26,874 nt of DNA from a virus (Duplodnaviria; Heunggongvirae; Uroviricota; Caudoviricetes). The translations under genes were made by a program, and so were the position numbers. The notes beneath the pieces were generated by a model, which ran no database searches, was not told the DNA's origin, and worked only from the letters and a program-made list of their open reading frames with translations. The stretch is from IMG/VR virus record IMGVR_UViG_3300046453_000093, positions 1 to 26,874 of that record; one strand, written 5' to 3'. Each line of letters begins with the position of its first letter. Position 1 is the stretch's first letter. Below are positions 1 through 8,159 of this stretch, piece after piece.

Positions 1-12
1 TTCTGCCATGCA

Positions 13-92
13 TACCCTACCCCCTATACCCTATACACTACCCCCTATTTCAAATGATACCCCCTACCCTATACCCTATACCCTACCCCCTA
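13..92. repeat. C-rich short-repeat cluster (TACCC / TACCCCCTA units)
   Basis: TACCCCCTA at 18, 39, 58 and 84; TACCCTA at 13, 27, 65, 72 and 79; the minus strand reads as G-tracts. Confidence 0.9.
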
Positions 93-727
93 TGGTATGC
101 CTTTTTATCTCCTAAAATTTACCAATTACATCATAACCCCTCTTATGGGGTTAACACTATGGGGGGGTAGTTTACAAATCAATCCGCTTTCTTCTCAGGG
201 CAAAAGGGGTGCAACACATCTAATTCGACAGGTCATTATTGTTTCTTCCATTTTATTCCAACTGACCCACCTTCCCTATCTCCACACCCATTATTCTCTC
301 ATTCTCCCACCTTACCAATCTATATGACTCCTCATTTCACCTGCCACTCTCCTCTCTTATTCACTAATTATTCCTATCTAATATTCCATCATTATCCAAT
401 TATACCAATATATCCCAATATCACCCTTCTATTCTAGGCATTCTTGCCTTCGTATTTCTATCGCTATTCTAATGTTAAATATAACCAATTTACTTTTATT
501 TTTTACCTCCCTTTCTACCTATCTCTCACTCTCATTTCCTTCTTATATCCTACGAATACAGCACTCTACGACAATATCTGTCTTTTATTCTATCACTCGA
601 CATTTTTTTCGAATCCATATTGACCGTTTTTCCCATCAAGTGTATAATATAATTAAAAGTGGAAAAAAGTTTACCTTTTTAGATTTTCAAAGAACGATAG
701 ATTGGAACGATTAGAGAGAAGGGAAGA

Positions 728-931
728 TTGAAAATGACAAAACTATACCCATATGAACTATACTGCCTTATACAAGCCTACCGTATCATTGATAAGACAA
801 CAGATGAAATGAATTCAGACGATAGATACAATGAAGCTTTAGGTGAAACATGGTCTATTCTCCATGATGAAATTATCAAACAAACAGGTCAAGAAGATGT
901 ATATGCCTACATACGAACCTTGAATCTATAG
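728..931 (+). CDS. small hypothetical phage protein (67 aa)
   Basis: RBS-like GAAGGGAAG before the TTG/ATG start; 11 bp before the next gene; no recognisable motif. Confidence 0.65.
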   Translation: MKMTKLYPYELYCLIQAYRIIDKTTDEMNSDDRYNEALGETWSILHDEIIKQTGQEDVYAYIRTLNL

Positions 932-942
932 GATGTGATATA

Positions 943-1695
943 TTGGCAACTGAACATATTTATCTACCAAACGAGGTCTTTACCGACCTGAAACTACATA
1001 TTCCTAATGGAAGTCAGACAGCCTTTGCTTACTCCTATTTGTACTATATTACTTATCTTTATCGGTACTGTAAGTACATAAGTGACAATGGCGATAAAGT
1101 CACTCAGGAAGCCATAAAGGAAGTCTTGGGATACTCCCCCAAAAATAAGAAGGTAGATTACATCATAAAGAAGGGGGGGGTACTTGACAACCTAATGTAC
1201 TCAGAGACTACTACAGACTACCCTATCCAGTATTTTTATGATGATGATGACCTACTTACTTTTGAAACTATCAGCAACTATAAAGGGATAATCAAGAATC
1301 TTAATGACCGTAATTTCAAGATTAAAAAACCACTTAGAGCCTTCCACCGTAGCCTAAAAGCCATTGAAGACAAAGAATTATCAGGCACATTCTATGAAGT
1401 GGAAAACACCCATCGGATTGATTTTCGTGTGTTCCTTACGATTATTATGAATGGTGATTTAGGTACAGCAGGGTTTTACCTGTACGGATACCTGAAGCAT
1501 AAAAACGACATCTTCAAGTCAGGTTATCAACGCTCATATGAAAAACTTGGGTTTGATACTGGATTCTCAGAAAAAACAGTTCGGAAATACGTCAATCTTC
1601 TTGAGTTCAACAATCTTATCAGCGTAGAAAGGAAATTGTTCGACATAAAACTTTCACAAGAAGATTATGAAGCAAACATATATAATGTAGTATAG
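943..1695 (+). CDS. winged-HTH DNA-binding protein, possibly two HTH domains
   Basis: 250 aa, TTG start after AGGATGTGA; C-terminal SYEKLGFDTGFSEKTVRKYVNLLEFNNLI is a typical wHTH; TQEAIKEVLGY is a second HTH-like segment. Confidence 0.7.
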   Translation: MATEHIYLPNEVFTDLKLHIPNGSQTAFAYSYLYYITYLYRYCKYISDNGDKVTQEAIKEVLGYSPKNKKVDYIIKKGGVLDNLMYSETTTDYPIQYFYDDDDLLTFETISNYKGIIKNLNDRNFKIKKPLRAFHRSLKAIEDKELSGTFYEVENTHRIDFRVFLTIIMNGDLGTAGFYLYGYLKHKNDIFKSGYQRSYEKLGFDTGFSEKTVRKYVNLLEFNNLISVERKLFDIKLSQEDYEANIYNVV

Positions 1696-1879
1696 GTCGC
1701 ACCCATTGAGAGGATTGACATTTAATGCTAACAATTGACAAAAACAATATTTATAAGCAATTCGCAAAAGTCGAATTACTACTTCAGTTAAAAAGAGTAG
1801 AAGAACAATTTAACTTAACACATAAAGAAATTGTCAACATATTGGAAGAACTTCTTTCAAACATTAAGGAAAAATAGTT

Positions 1880-2746
1880 TTATGATTCCATCCAGTTATA
1901 GAAAGGTACAGGGGGGTAGTAAACATCCTCAGAATCTTGTACCCCCTCTATTTTGGGCAACAATAAAGCTACCCCATTGGCAAAGAATGTTGGTGGATAG
2001 ATTACTTTTTTCACTTTTTCATTATGCTCTAACATGTTTCGATAGGCAACAGCTAAATCTATCAACTTGAACTTAGTTATCCCTTTTGTAACAAATTGTT
2101 TCGCAGTTTCTTTAATCATATGTTTAGAGAATCCTTTTTCCTGTAAAAAATTATCCAATATACACATATTTCTTTTAATCATCACATCTTCAACATTACT
2201 ACTCTCAGACTTTATCTGTTTAAGAGAAGAAGATTTATTAGGTTTTAATATTTTATTATGGTTTTTATCTTGGGTTTTTATAACTGCCTTTTTATATATA
2301 GGGAATTTCCCTTTGGGCAAAACTAGTTTTCTCTTTTGGGCATTTCTTGAATTTTCTTTTGGATTATCTGTTTTTGCCTTTGTGACTTTCTTAGAGAATC
2401 GTTCAATCAGAGATTTAACATTATCTATTAATATCTGAAAATACCGAATGTTCCCTCTCTTGTTCGTTGCTTTAATCAATCCTTTTTCCTCTAATATTTT
2501 AATCGCAGTTGCTTGTGCCTTATATTTCAATGTGGTTAATTCTTCTAATTTTTCAGTAGTACAATAGAAAGAACCATCTTTGTCTAGTTCCTTCTTACTA
2601 GCGTGATAGTTAAATCTACTTAGTAATTCCGACAATACAATAGTAGGATTTACCCCTAGTTCCCTCATTACTCCCCTATTCAACAGGACGAATTCACAAG
2701 ATTGATAGGATTTGGTTAGTTCTTTTACAGTTTCTAAAAAAGACAT
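1880..2746 (-). CDS. replication initiator (N-terminal wHTH, phage/plasmid Rep-like)
   Basis: GGAGG RBS; N-terminal PTIVLSELLSRFNY...FYCTTEKLEELTTL...AIKILEEKGLI wHTH; basic low-complexity linker; C-terminal PFYNWME, which I recall from Bacillus Rep-like HTH proteins; antisense-RNA layout upstream. Confidence 0.75.
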   Translation of the reverse strand: MSFLETVKELTKSYQSCEFVLLNRGVMRELGVNPTIVLSELLSRFNYHASKKELDKDGSFYCTTEKLEELTTLKYKAQATAIKILEEKGLIKATNKRGNIRYFQILIDNVKSLIERFSKKVTKAKTDNPKENSRNAQKRKLVLPKGKFPIYKKAVIKTQDKNHNKILKPNKSSSLKQIKSESSNVEDVMIKRNMCILDNFLQEKGFSKHMIKETAKQFVTKGITKFKLIDLAVAYRNMLEHNEKVKKVIYPPTFFANGVALLLPKIEGVQDSEDVYYPPVPFYNWMES

Positions 2747-2812
2747 AATAAAAAACCTCCATTTCCCCCATGAAAAACTTAAAAAAGTCAGTAGGAAATT
2801 AAAGGTTTGTAC

Positions 2813-2841
2813 TTCACATTTTTGAAATTACATGCTATACT
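2813..2841 (+). promoter_or_regulatory. sigma-A promoter for the counter-transcript
   Basis: TTCACA-N17-TATACT with extended -10 TG at 2833-2834. Confidence 0.75.
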
Positions 2842-2847
2842 TAACAC

Positions 2848-2950
2848 ATAAATCAAATAGATGAATACAAACCCCCTACTTTTAGGTTAATAATATTCGT
2901 GGTCGCCAAACTTTGAAATATTATTAACTCGTCTATGGGGTTTCTTTTTT
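2848..2950 (+). ncRNA. putative antisense copy-control RNA (ctRNA) against the rep leader
   Basis: promoter upstream; 12-bp stem 2886-2897/2917-2928 with loop containing CGCCAA; outer AAACCCC/GGGGTTT stem then a T-run; lies opposite the rep 5' leader; ends approximate. Confidence 0.7.
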
Positions 2951-2972
2951 TGTTATTTTTTGGTTAATAGTT

Positions 2973-3281
2973 TTATTTTTTATTTTCTGTTTGCCAGTAC
3001 CCTTTTGGGTTATATGGACTATGGTAATCTTTTTGCAGTTCTATTTTTTCTGCATCTTTATATTTCTCTAATAACTCCACAGCTTTCAATAATGCTATGT
3101 TAAAATCTTGATTTCTATATTCTATATCGCAGACACCTAAATGTCCCCTCTCAGTAACATGGACACGATAAAAGCCAATCATTTTTTCTATGTATGCTAC
3201 TACATTACCTTCGCAACGCTGATAGTATTTCCACCTATCTGTATAGAACCATCCCTCTATTTGGTTATGTCCCCAAATCAT
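2973..3281 (-). CDS. hypothetical protein (102 aa, MIWGHNQ...)
   Basis: start moved to ATG 3281, which follows GAGGGTG RBS; the ORF-track start at 3356 has no RBS. Confidence 0.65.
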   Translation of the reverse strand: MIWGHNQIEGWFYTDRWKYYQRCEGNVVAYIEKMIGFYRVHVTERGHLGVCDIEYRNQDFNIALLKAVELLEKYKDAEKIELQKDYHSPYNPKGYWQTENKK

Positions 3282-3431
3282 CTTATTCACCCTCTTCATT
3301 ATTTTTGGGTAACACAAAAACACCCAAGTATAACTTGCGTGTGCATAAGATGGCACAGCAAAAAATACAAATAAACCTATTTATGACACTGCTACAAAGG
3401 TGGCAATCCTACAAAAAGTTAATACAAAGGT

Positions 3432-3457
3432 AAAGTTATCAACATGTGGATAACTTT
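3432..3457. promoter_or_regulatory. inverted pair of DnaA boxes
   Basis: TTATCAACA (3436-3444) abutting TGTGGATAA (3445-3453, a perfect TTATCCACA on minus), inside a 26-bp near-palindrome. Confidence 0.7.
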
Positions 3458-3521
3458 GGTTTTTCTACGCAAATAAATCATAACATATTTCGATATATTT
3501 TGTAAACAATAAAAAAAGATG

Positions 3522-3550
3522 TTGCATGTTATTGTCGATTGTTGTATTAT
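3522..3550 (+). promoter_or_regulatory. sigma-A-like promoter
   Basis: TTGCAT-N17-TATTAT. Confidence 0.5.
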
Positions 3551-3627
3551 AACTATAGAACTTAATATTTGCCAAAGCAAAAAACAAAAACCTATAATCT
3601 ACAAAAGAAGTACACTACGCTGAAACA

Positions 3628-3658
3628 GCCCCTTACCAATTTTGGTAGGGGGTTTTTT
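3628..3658 (+). terminator. intrinsic terminator
   Basis: GCCCCTTACCA/TGGTAGGGGGT stem followed by a T-run. Confidence 0.75.
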
Positions 3659-3680
3659 CATTCTATTATTTAATTCTCTA

Positions 3681-3720
3681 CAATAAAAAGCCCTCACCAT
3701 AAGGTAAAGGCTTTTTATTG
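3681..3720 (-). terminator. bidirectional terminator closing the parMR operon
   Basis: CAATAAAAAGCC/GGCTTTTTATTG perfect 12-bp stem immediately after the parR stop. Confidence 0.8.
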
Positions 3721-3721
3721 T

Positions 3722-4006
3722 TCACAGCTTGTCAAACTTGCTTGCTACATGCCTTATTAATTCTTCTTGATTAATAATTGACGGTTCAAGCTTCTTAACG
3801 ACAGATTCTGATAGTTTTACCATTGGCTTGGGAAGTATAACTTTATTTTGTTTAGGCGCTAGTCCTCTATATTTTAGTCCATCCCTCATGAGTTCCTTGC
3901 AATATCCTGCAAAGTTATAATTCACTTCTTGAAGAATTGCAATTAGGTCAGCATCACCGATTTCACTAAAACTGATAGAAGCCCTATTGTTCTTGTCTAA
4001 GCCCAT
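3722..4006 (-). CDS. parR: ParR-like ribbon-helix-helix centromere adaptor
   Basis: 94 aa, 3 bp downstream of parM; N-terminal beta-alpha-alpha pattern RASISF-DADLIAIL-NFAGYCKELMRDGL; basic tail. Confidence 0.7.
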   Translation of the reverse strand: MGLDKNNRASISFSEIGDADLIAILQEVNYNFAGYCKELMRDGLKYRGLAPKQNKVILPKPMVKLSESVVKKLEPSIINQEELIRHVASKFDKL

Positions 4007-4009
4007 GTT

Positions 4010-5113
4010 TTACCCTTCCTTTGCTACTAACCCTTCTTTGCTTTCAGTGATTTTATACGAGCCACCTGAAGTCCTTACAACCTGTTTGCCATTCTTCTTA
4101 GCATGACGAACACCATATTTGCGTAAACCTCTTGCTGTATTATGAACACCAAGAAAGATTTTTTCGAATTCGTATTCTTCAAGGTATCTCTCCAAATACT
4201 CTTTTAAAACCACTGTTCCACCACCAGTGAAAATTACAGCGTCTAGGTACGGAATAGAGTTTCTAAATAAGGTTTCCCATTCGGAAATCAATTCACCCGC
4301 ATGTAATTCAAATACTTCGTCTACAATTGGTTGGATATTAGTCCCGCCTGAAATATACCCTTGCTTGATTAGTTTTGGCAATACCCCCTGTGGATATTTT
4401 TTGCCAAAAGTTTCTTCAATACGTCTACCAATCTCAACATAAGCTGAGTACATCCCATTATTATTATGTTTTGTCAGGTCTGTAATTGGGTCTAAATCAT
4501 TTAAAGTAAGAAAGTTGACTGTTCCTGCACCAATATCCACTACAGAGACAAATTTGGTTGCTAATTCAGGGTTTGAAATTTCACCATCATCACTTAAGAT
4601 AAGGTCACAAAATGTTCCGAAAGGCTGTGACACCACAAGTACTTCTTTGATATCAACAGTTTTTTCAAAATCAGAACCATCAGCTAAAGTCAGCTTAATA
4701 ACGTGCTTTTTTTTGAAGATTTTTTGTAAATCACTTATTCTACTCTCGTTTTCAGAATGTTCCACAGGTAAGCCTAATACAATTGGGTCAACTTTAACAA
4801 CGTCATGGTCTTCAGCTAACATTGCCAATCCTGCTTTTGCAAGTGCGGGGAACATCGGATGTTTGTGTTTGTTGTTCCCACCAATCCAAGTGGTCTGCAT
4901 GTCTTGGTCTACTGCACCCTGACCAACTAAGAATTTCTTATTGTCATACTCTACTACAATATGAGATAAAGGGTCTTTTTCCTTACTGCTTAATACTGTG
5001 TCGTGTTTCTCCTTATATGTAGTTACATTGGATGGATAGTAAACTTGTTGTTTTCCGTTAAAGCCTTTTCCTTCACCGTATCCATCATCATAGCCCCATA
5101 CTTCTATTGTCAT
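4010..5113 (-). CDS. parM: ParM/StbA-family actin-like partition ATPase
   Basis: actin-fold motifs GYDDGYGEGK (phosphate 1), VDIGAGT (phosphate 2), FTGGG (adenosine); GGGGAGG RBS. Confidence 0.92.
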   Translation of the reverse strand: MTIEVWGYDDGYGEGKGFNGKQQVYYPSNVTTYKEKHDTVLSSKEKDPLSHIVVEYDNKKFLVGQGAVDQDMQTTWIGGNNKHKHPMFPALAKAGLAMLAEDHDVVKVDPIVLGLPVEHSENESRISDLQKIFKKKHVIKLTLADGSDFEKTVDIKEVLVVSQPFGTFCDLILSDDGEISNPELATKFVSVVDIGAGTVNFLTLNDLDPITDLTKHNNNGMYSAYVEIGRRIEETFGKKYPQGVLPKLIKQGYISGGTNIQPIVDEVFELHAGELISEWETLFRNSIPYLDAVIFTGGGTVVLKEYLERYLEEYEFEKIFLGVHNTARGLRKYGVRHAKKNGKQVVRTSGGSYKITESKEGLVAKEG

Positions 5114-5220
5114 AGTTAAATATTCCTCCCCTATTGTGATAATACTACATTATTAGAATATCATTAATAGAGGTCAAAATCAACAAAATTATGCCATTTT
5201 CTCTTACATTTTCCTACAAA

Positions 5221-5360
5221 ATCCGACTTTATCCTATAATATCTTAAAATATCGGAGAAAATCTTATAATATCGCAGAAAATCTTATAATATCATACAAT
5301 ATCAGATAAAATCTCATAAAATAAGATAATATCGGAGAAAATCTTACTTTATCCTACTTT
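5221..5360. repeat. 14 tandem 10-bp units, putative parC centromere
   Basis: exact 10-bp phase; 13 of 14 units start ATC and all have A at position 6 (e.g. ATCTTATAAT x2, ATCGGAGAAA x2); directly upstream of parM. Confidence 0.8.
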
Positions 5361-5389
5361 TCCAGTTATTTACAAATAAAATCCAACCA

Positions 5390-6451
5390 TTATAGTTGGA
5401 TTTTCTTCAAATTATTCATTAATTCAATTTGAACATTTCTACTCGATTGTTGCACAAGTTTCATCAATTGTTCTTGAGTCAAGTTTTCCAATGATGATAT
5501 GTCAACCTTCTGACCAATTTTCAATCCAACCATTTCACTAAATTTTTTCTTCTTTTTCATGTAGTGTTTCATGGTTGTACCAAATGATTTATGGTCGCCT
5601 TGTTCTGCCACTGCCATAATGTCCCCGCCACTGATTTCATACGCTTCATTGATTCCGCATTTCTTTAAACTGTGAAATGTAATGTCATCATCTAATTTTA
5701 ATTTCCCTCTTAAACGTTGCATCATTACAACAACTGTCTTTTTCTCTAATGGAAAAATACGTCTATCTTTATGCTTCTTTTTTAATCCCATTAGTCTGTC
5801 ATGAAGTTCATCAGTTATTGGTTTTTTGCTGATTTGTTTTCCTTTACCGATAGCTTCCTCTTCAGCACAAAGTACCCAAACTCCATCAATATTTTCAATA
5901 TTATCCCAAGTCAGGTTGAGTAGTGAGTTTTGTCTAAAACAAGTAATAACAGCAGTTTCCATCAAAGATGCTTTTATATCGCCTTTCTTTTCATCTTTTA
6001 CCAACTCAATCATATCCAATACTTCTTCCCAAGATAATACTCCATAAGATTCGGATTCGCCTTTAATCTTGTCAACATTAAACCAAGCTTCTTTTACTGG
6101 CAGGTCTTTTGCTTCAAGTCTACTGTATAATTTTTTGACTGAACTAATTTTTCTAGCAATTGAACTAGGGGCATAAGGCTTTCCGTCATTGTAAGCAATG
6201 TCATTATTTTTTGCTAATTGTAATTGATATGCTTCAACATCATCAACAGTAATGATTAAATCTTCAATTGTTAACATTTCAAGTGCCTTGTATCGAACTG
6301 CTCTAAAAAATTGTTTAATATCAGCTTCATAACTGGATGCAGTATTGGTACTGTTTAATGCCTTGGTTTCTAAAAAACATGAGATATAAGAATAAGCGTT
6401 CTTTTTCAGTTTGGATACATTGTTATCATATTTGGGTTGTTTCTTTGCCAT
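5390..6451 (-). CDS. tyrosine-recombinase-fold protein (resolvase, or SPbeta YopP/YopR-like regulator)
   Basis: SAM-like N-terminus (NTASSYEADIKQFF, SSIARKISSVKKLY); box I CFRQNSLLNLTWDNI; box II TFHSLKK...GDHKSFGTTMKHY; start set at ATG 6451, 9 nt from AGGAG. Confidence 0.85.
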   Translation of the reverse strand: MAKKQPKYDNNVSKLKKNAYSYISCFLETKALNSTNTASSYEADIKQFFRAVRYKALEMLTIEDLIITVDDVEAYQLQLAKNNDIAYNDGKPYAPSSIARKISSVKKLYSRLEAKDLPVKEAWFNVDKIKGESESYGVLSWEEVLDMIELVKDEKKGDIKASLMETAVITCFRQNSLLNLTWDNIENIDGVWVLCAEEEAIGKGKQISKKPITDELHDRLMGLKKKHKDRRIFPLEKKTVVVMMQRLRGKLKLDDDITFHSLKKCGINEAYEISGGDIMAVAEQGDHKSFGTTMKHYMKKKKKFSEMVGLKIGQKVDISSLENLTQEQLMKLVQQSSRNVQIELMNNLKKIQL

Positions 6452-6484
6452 AATTACCATCTCCTAGAATTATTTTCTAAATAC

Positions 6485-6513
6485 ATCATAACACCGTTTA
6501 TGATGTCCGTCAA
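6485..6513 (-). promoter_or_regulatory. sigma-A promoter of the recombinase-like gene
   Basis: TTGACG-N17-TATGAT on minus. Confidence 0.7.
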
Positions 6514-6635
6514 TGATAAATGGAATAATTTTCTGTATATTTTTTAAGAGGTCGGGGCATACCTATTCTGAAGTCACAAAATGACTCGTACAGCATTGTA
6601 ATCGCTCCATGACTAAACCCTTTGACTTCCATTTG

Positions 6636-6666
6636 AAAGCCCTGTAGAAGACCACGCAGGGCTTTT
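6636..6666. terminator. hairpin / possible terminator
   Basis: AAAGCCCTG/CAGGGCTTT stem followed by a short T-run; direction unclear. Confidence 0.5.
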
Positions 6667-6821
6667 GGTGACGAATTATGGGATTTGGTTTTCTTGTTTT
6701 TATTAGAAATCTATCTGTCAGTAAAATACGTTAACTTTTTACCAATGTGTTTAATATAGGTTATATTTATCATTAATATTAAAAAGGTAAACTATTTACC
6801 AATGTAAAAATATAGACTAAT

Positions 6822-6862
6822 ATACTCTACTACTTTAATACTCTACTACTTTAGTATACTAA
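6822..6862. repeat. 16-bp tandem duplication plus palindrome
   Basis: ATACTCTACTACTTTA at 6822 and 6838; TTAGTATACTAA palindrome at 6851-6862. Confidence 0.85.
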
Positions 6863-6982
6863 AATAAAGTGATTATATTATTATTAAATAAGAGAGAATA
6901 AGAGGATTATTAGTCTGTATTATATTACCGTAAAAAAGATAACCTATTTCCAAAAAAGTTGTGTTTACAAGGATTATTAACT

Positions 6983-7018
6983 AAAAACCCATCTATCCCT
7001 GTCGGTAGATGGGTTTTT
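6983..7018 (-). terminator. bidirectional terminator after tubZ
   Basis: AAAAACCCATCTA/TAGATGGGTTTTT 13-bp stem. Confidence 0.85.
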
Positions 7019-7046
7019 GAGTATGCATTTCTCCTGTCTTCTATCT

Positions 7047-8159
7047 TTATCTCTTATATCTACTGAGGATGTCTGTTACCGATTTCTTAGACTGTTTTGG
7101 CTTTGTTCTTAATCTTGCAGAAAAATCTTGGTTGACCGTTACTTTATAATTTTGGTTTTCTTCATCATCAAACATTTGTTCCATTCTTGTTTCCTGTTCT
7201 TTAATGATTTGAGAAATATCATTCAACCTTGTATTAATCCATGAAAGACCAGTTAGGATAGATAAAACAGTACCTCTCTTTTCATGATAATTTCCCTCAA
7301 ATAAATCAATAGGCATTCCTTTGTCAAATGCTCCAAAGATGGATTTATAATTTAAGAATTGCATAAGTGATTCTTCAGCATCCAGTACAATACCTGATTT
7401 CATAACTCTATTATATTCAATAGGGGAGAACACTGATTCTTCCCAAGACATCCGAATTTTATCAGTAACAGTCTCAACACTGAATTTTATATCCTCACTG
7501 AATTTAGATATATCTGTTTCTGCAATTAGACCAATTCCTTTTGTGTTCAAGATGGATAGCAAATCTTTCCTGTCAAGGTTTCCATTCTTAGATGTCTTGG
7601 TTGTGTAGGAATACAATTCGTCTAAGAGATTAACAGTGGTTTCGTTTATTGTCTTGTATAGTTGATTTTTTGCATTAACATTAATTCTGACTTTTTCATT
7701 ATCAATTGGCATAATGCAAATATCTAATTTAGATAATTCTTCAAAGGTTTGCAAACAATTCATTTGATTGCTGACAACCTCTGTTTTGTCAGGGATGATT
7801 GGCATAGCTACAAAAGTTTTTTCAGGCATTTCATTCGCCAAAATTTCTAGAAGGATAGGGGCTATTCCACTACCACTACCACCACCTGTAGAAAAAGTCA
7901 CAATGATAATTTCAGGATTGATAAATGTCTGTTTGACAAAATTTAAAGCTGATTCCCAATTGTTTGCCATTAGTCTGATAGCTTCATCACGATTATGACC
8001 TACACCTTCAGAACCAACTAGCTTAAGTGTGTTCTCAACATGTTCCAAAGAATCTAAATCAGACTTAGAAAAGTTAATTGCCCCTGTTAGAAAATTATGC
8101 TTACTGGATTCGTCTGCAATATTGCCACCCGCACCACCAACACCTAATATTCCTATCAT
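7047..8159 (-). CDS. tubZ: tubulin/FtsZ-superfamily GTPase (TubZ/RepX-like)
   Basis: GVGGAGGNI T1 loop; STGGGSGSG tubulin signature; IDNE; T7-like NLDRKDL; basic C-terminal tail; ATGA overlap with the upstream wHTH gene. Confidence 0.88.
   Translation of the reverse strand: MIGILGVGGAGGNIADESSKHNFLTGAINFSKSDLDSLEHVENTLKLVGSEGVGHNRDEAIRLMANNWESALNFVKQTFINPEIIIVTFSTGGGSGSGIAPILLEILANEMPEKTFVAMPIIPDKTEVVSNQMNCLQTFEELSKLDICIMPIDNEKVRINVNAKNQLYKTINETTVNLLDELYSYTTKTSKNGNLDRKDLLSILNTKGIGLIAETDISKFSEDIKFSVETVTDKIRMSWEESVFSPIEYNRVMKSGIVLDAEESLMQFLNYKSIFGAFDKGMPIDLFEGNYHEKRGTVLSILTGLSWINTRLNDISQIIKEQETRMEQMFDDEENQNYKVTVNQDFSARLRTKPKQSKKSVTDILSRYKR

Noticed and set aside
97-714. ORFs 97-327 and 472-714
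   Set aside because: Low-complexity translations of the skewed tract; no RBS, no motif
1715-1740. Two TTGACA hexamers 20 bp apart as promoters
   Set aside because: No -10 element at 16-18 bp spacing for either
3479-3510. dif-like Xer site (TTTTGTAAACA resembles the XerD arm)
   Set aside because: Only one arm is similar; the XerC-side arm does not match
5221-5360. Decamer array as a CRISPR or guide array
   Set aside because: Units are only 10 bp with no repeat-spacer alternation and no cas genes; position fits parC
7047-8159. Host-type ftsZ cell-division gene
   Set aside because: No dcw context, lacks the FtsZ N-terminus and conserved C-terminal peptide, and is coupled to a small wHTH gene
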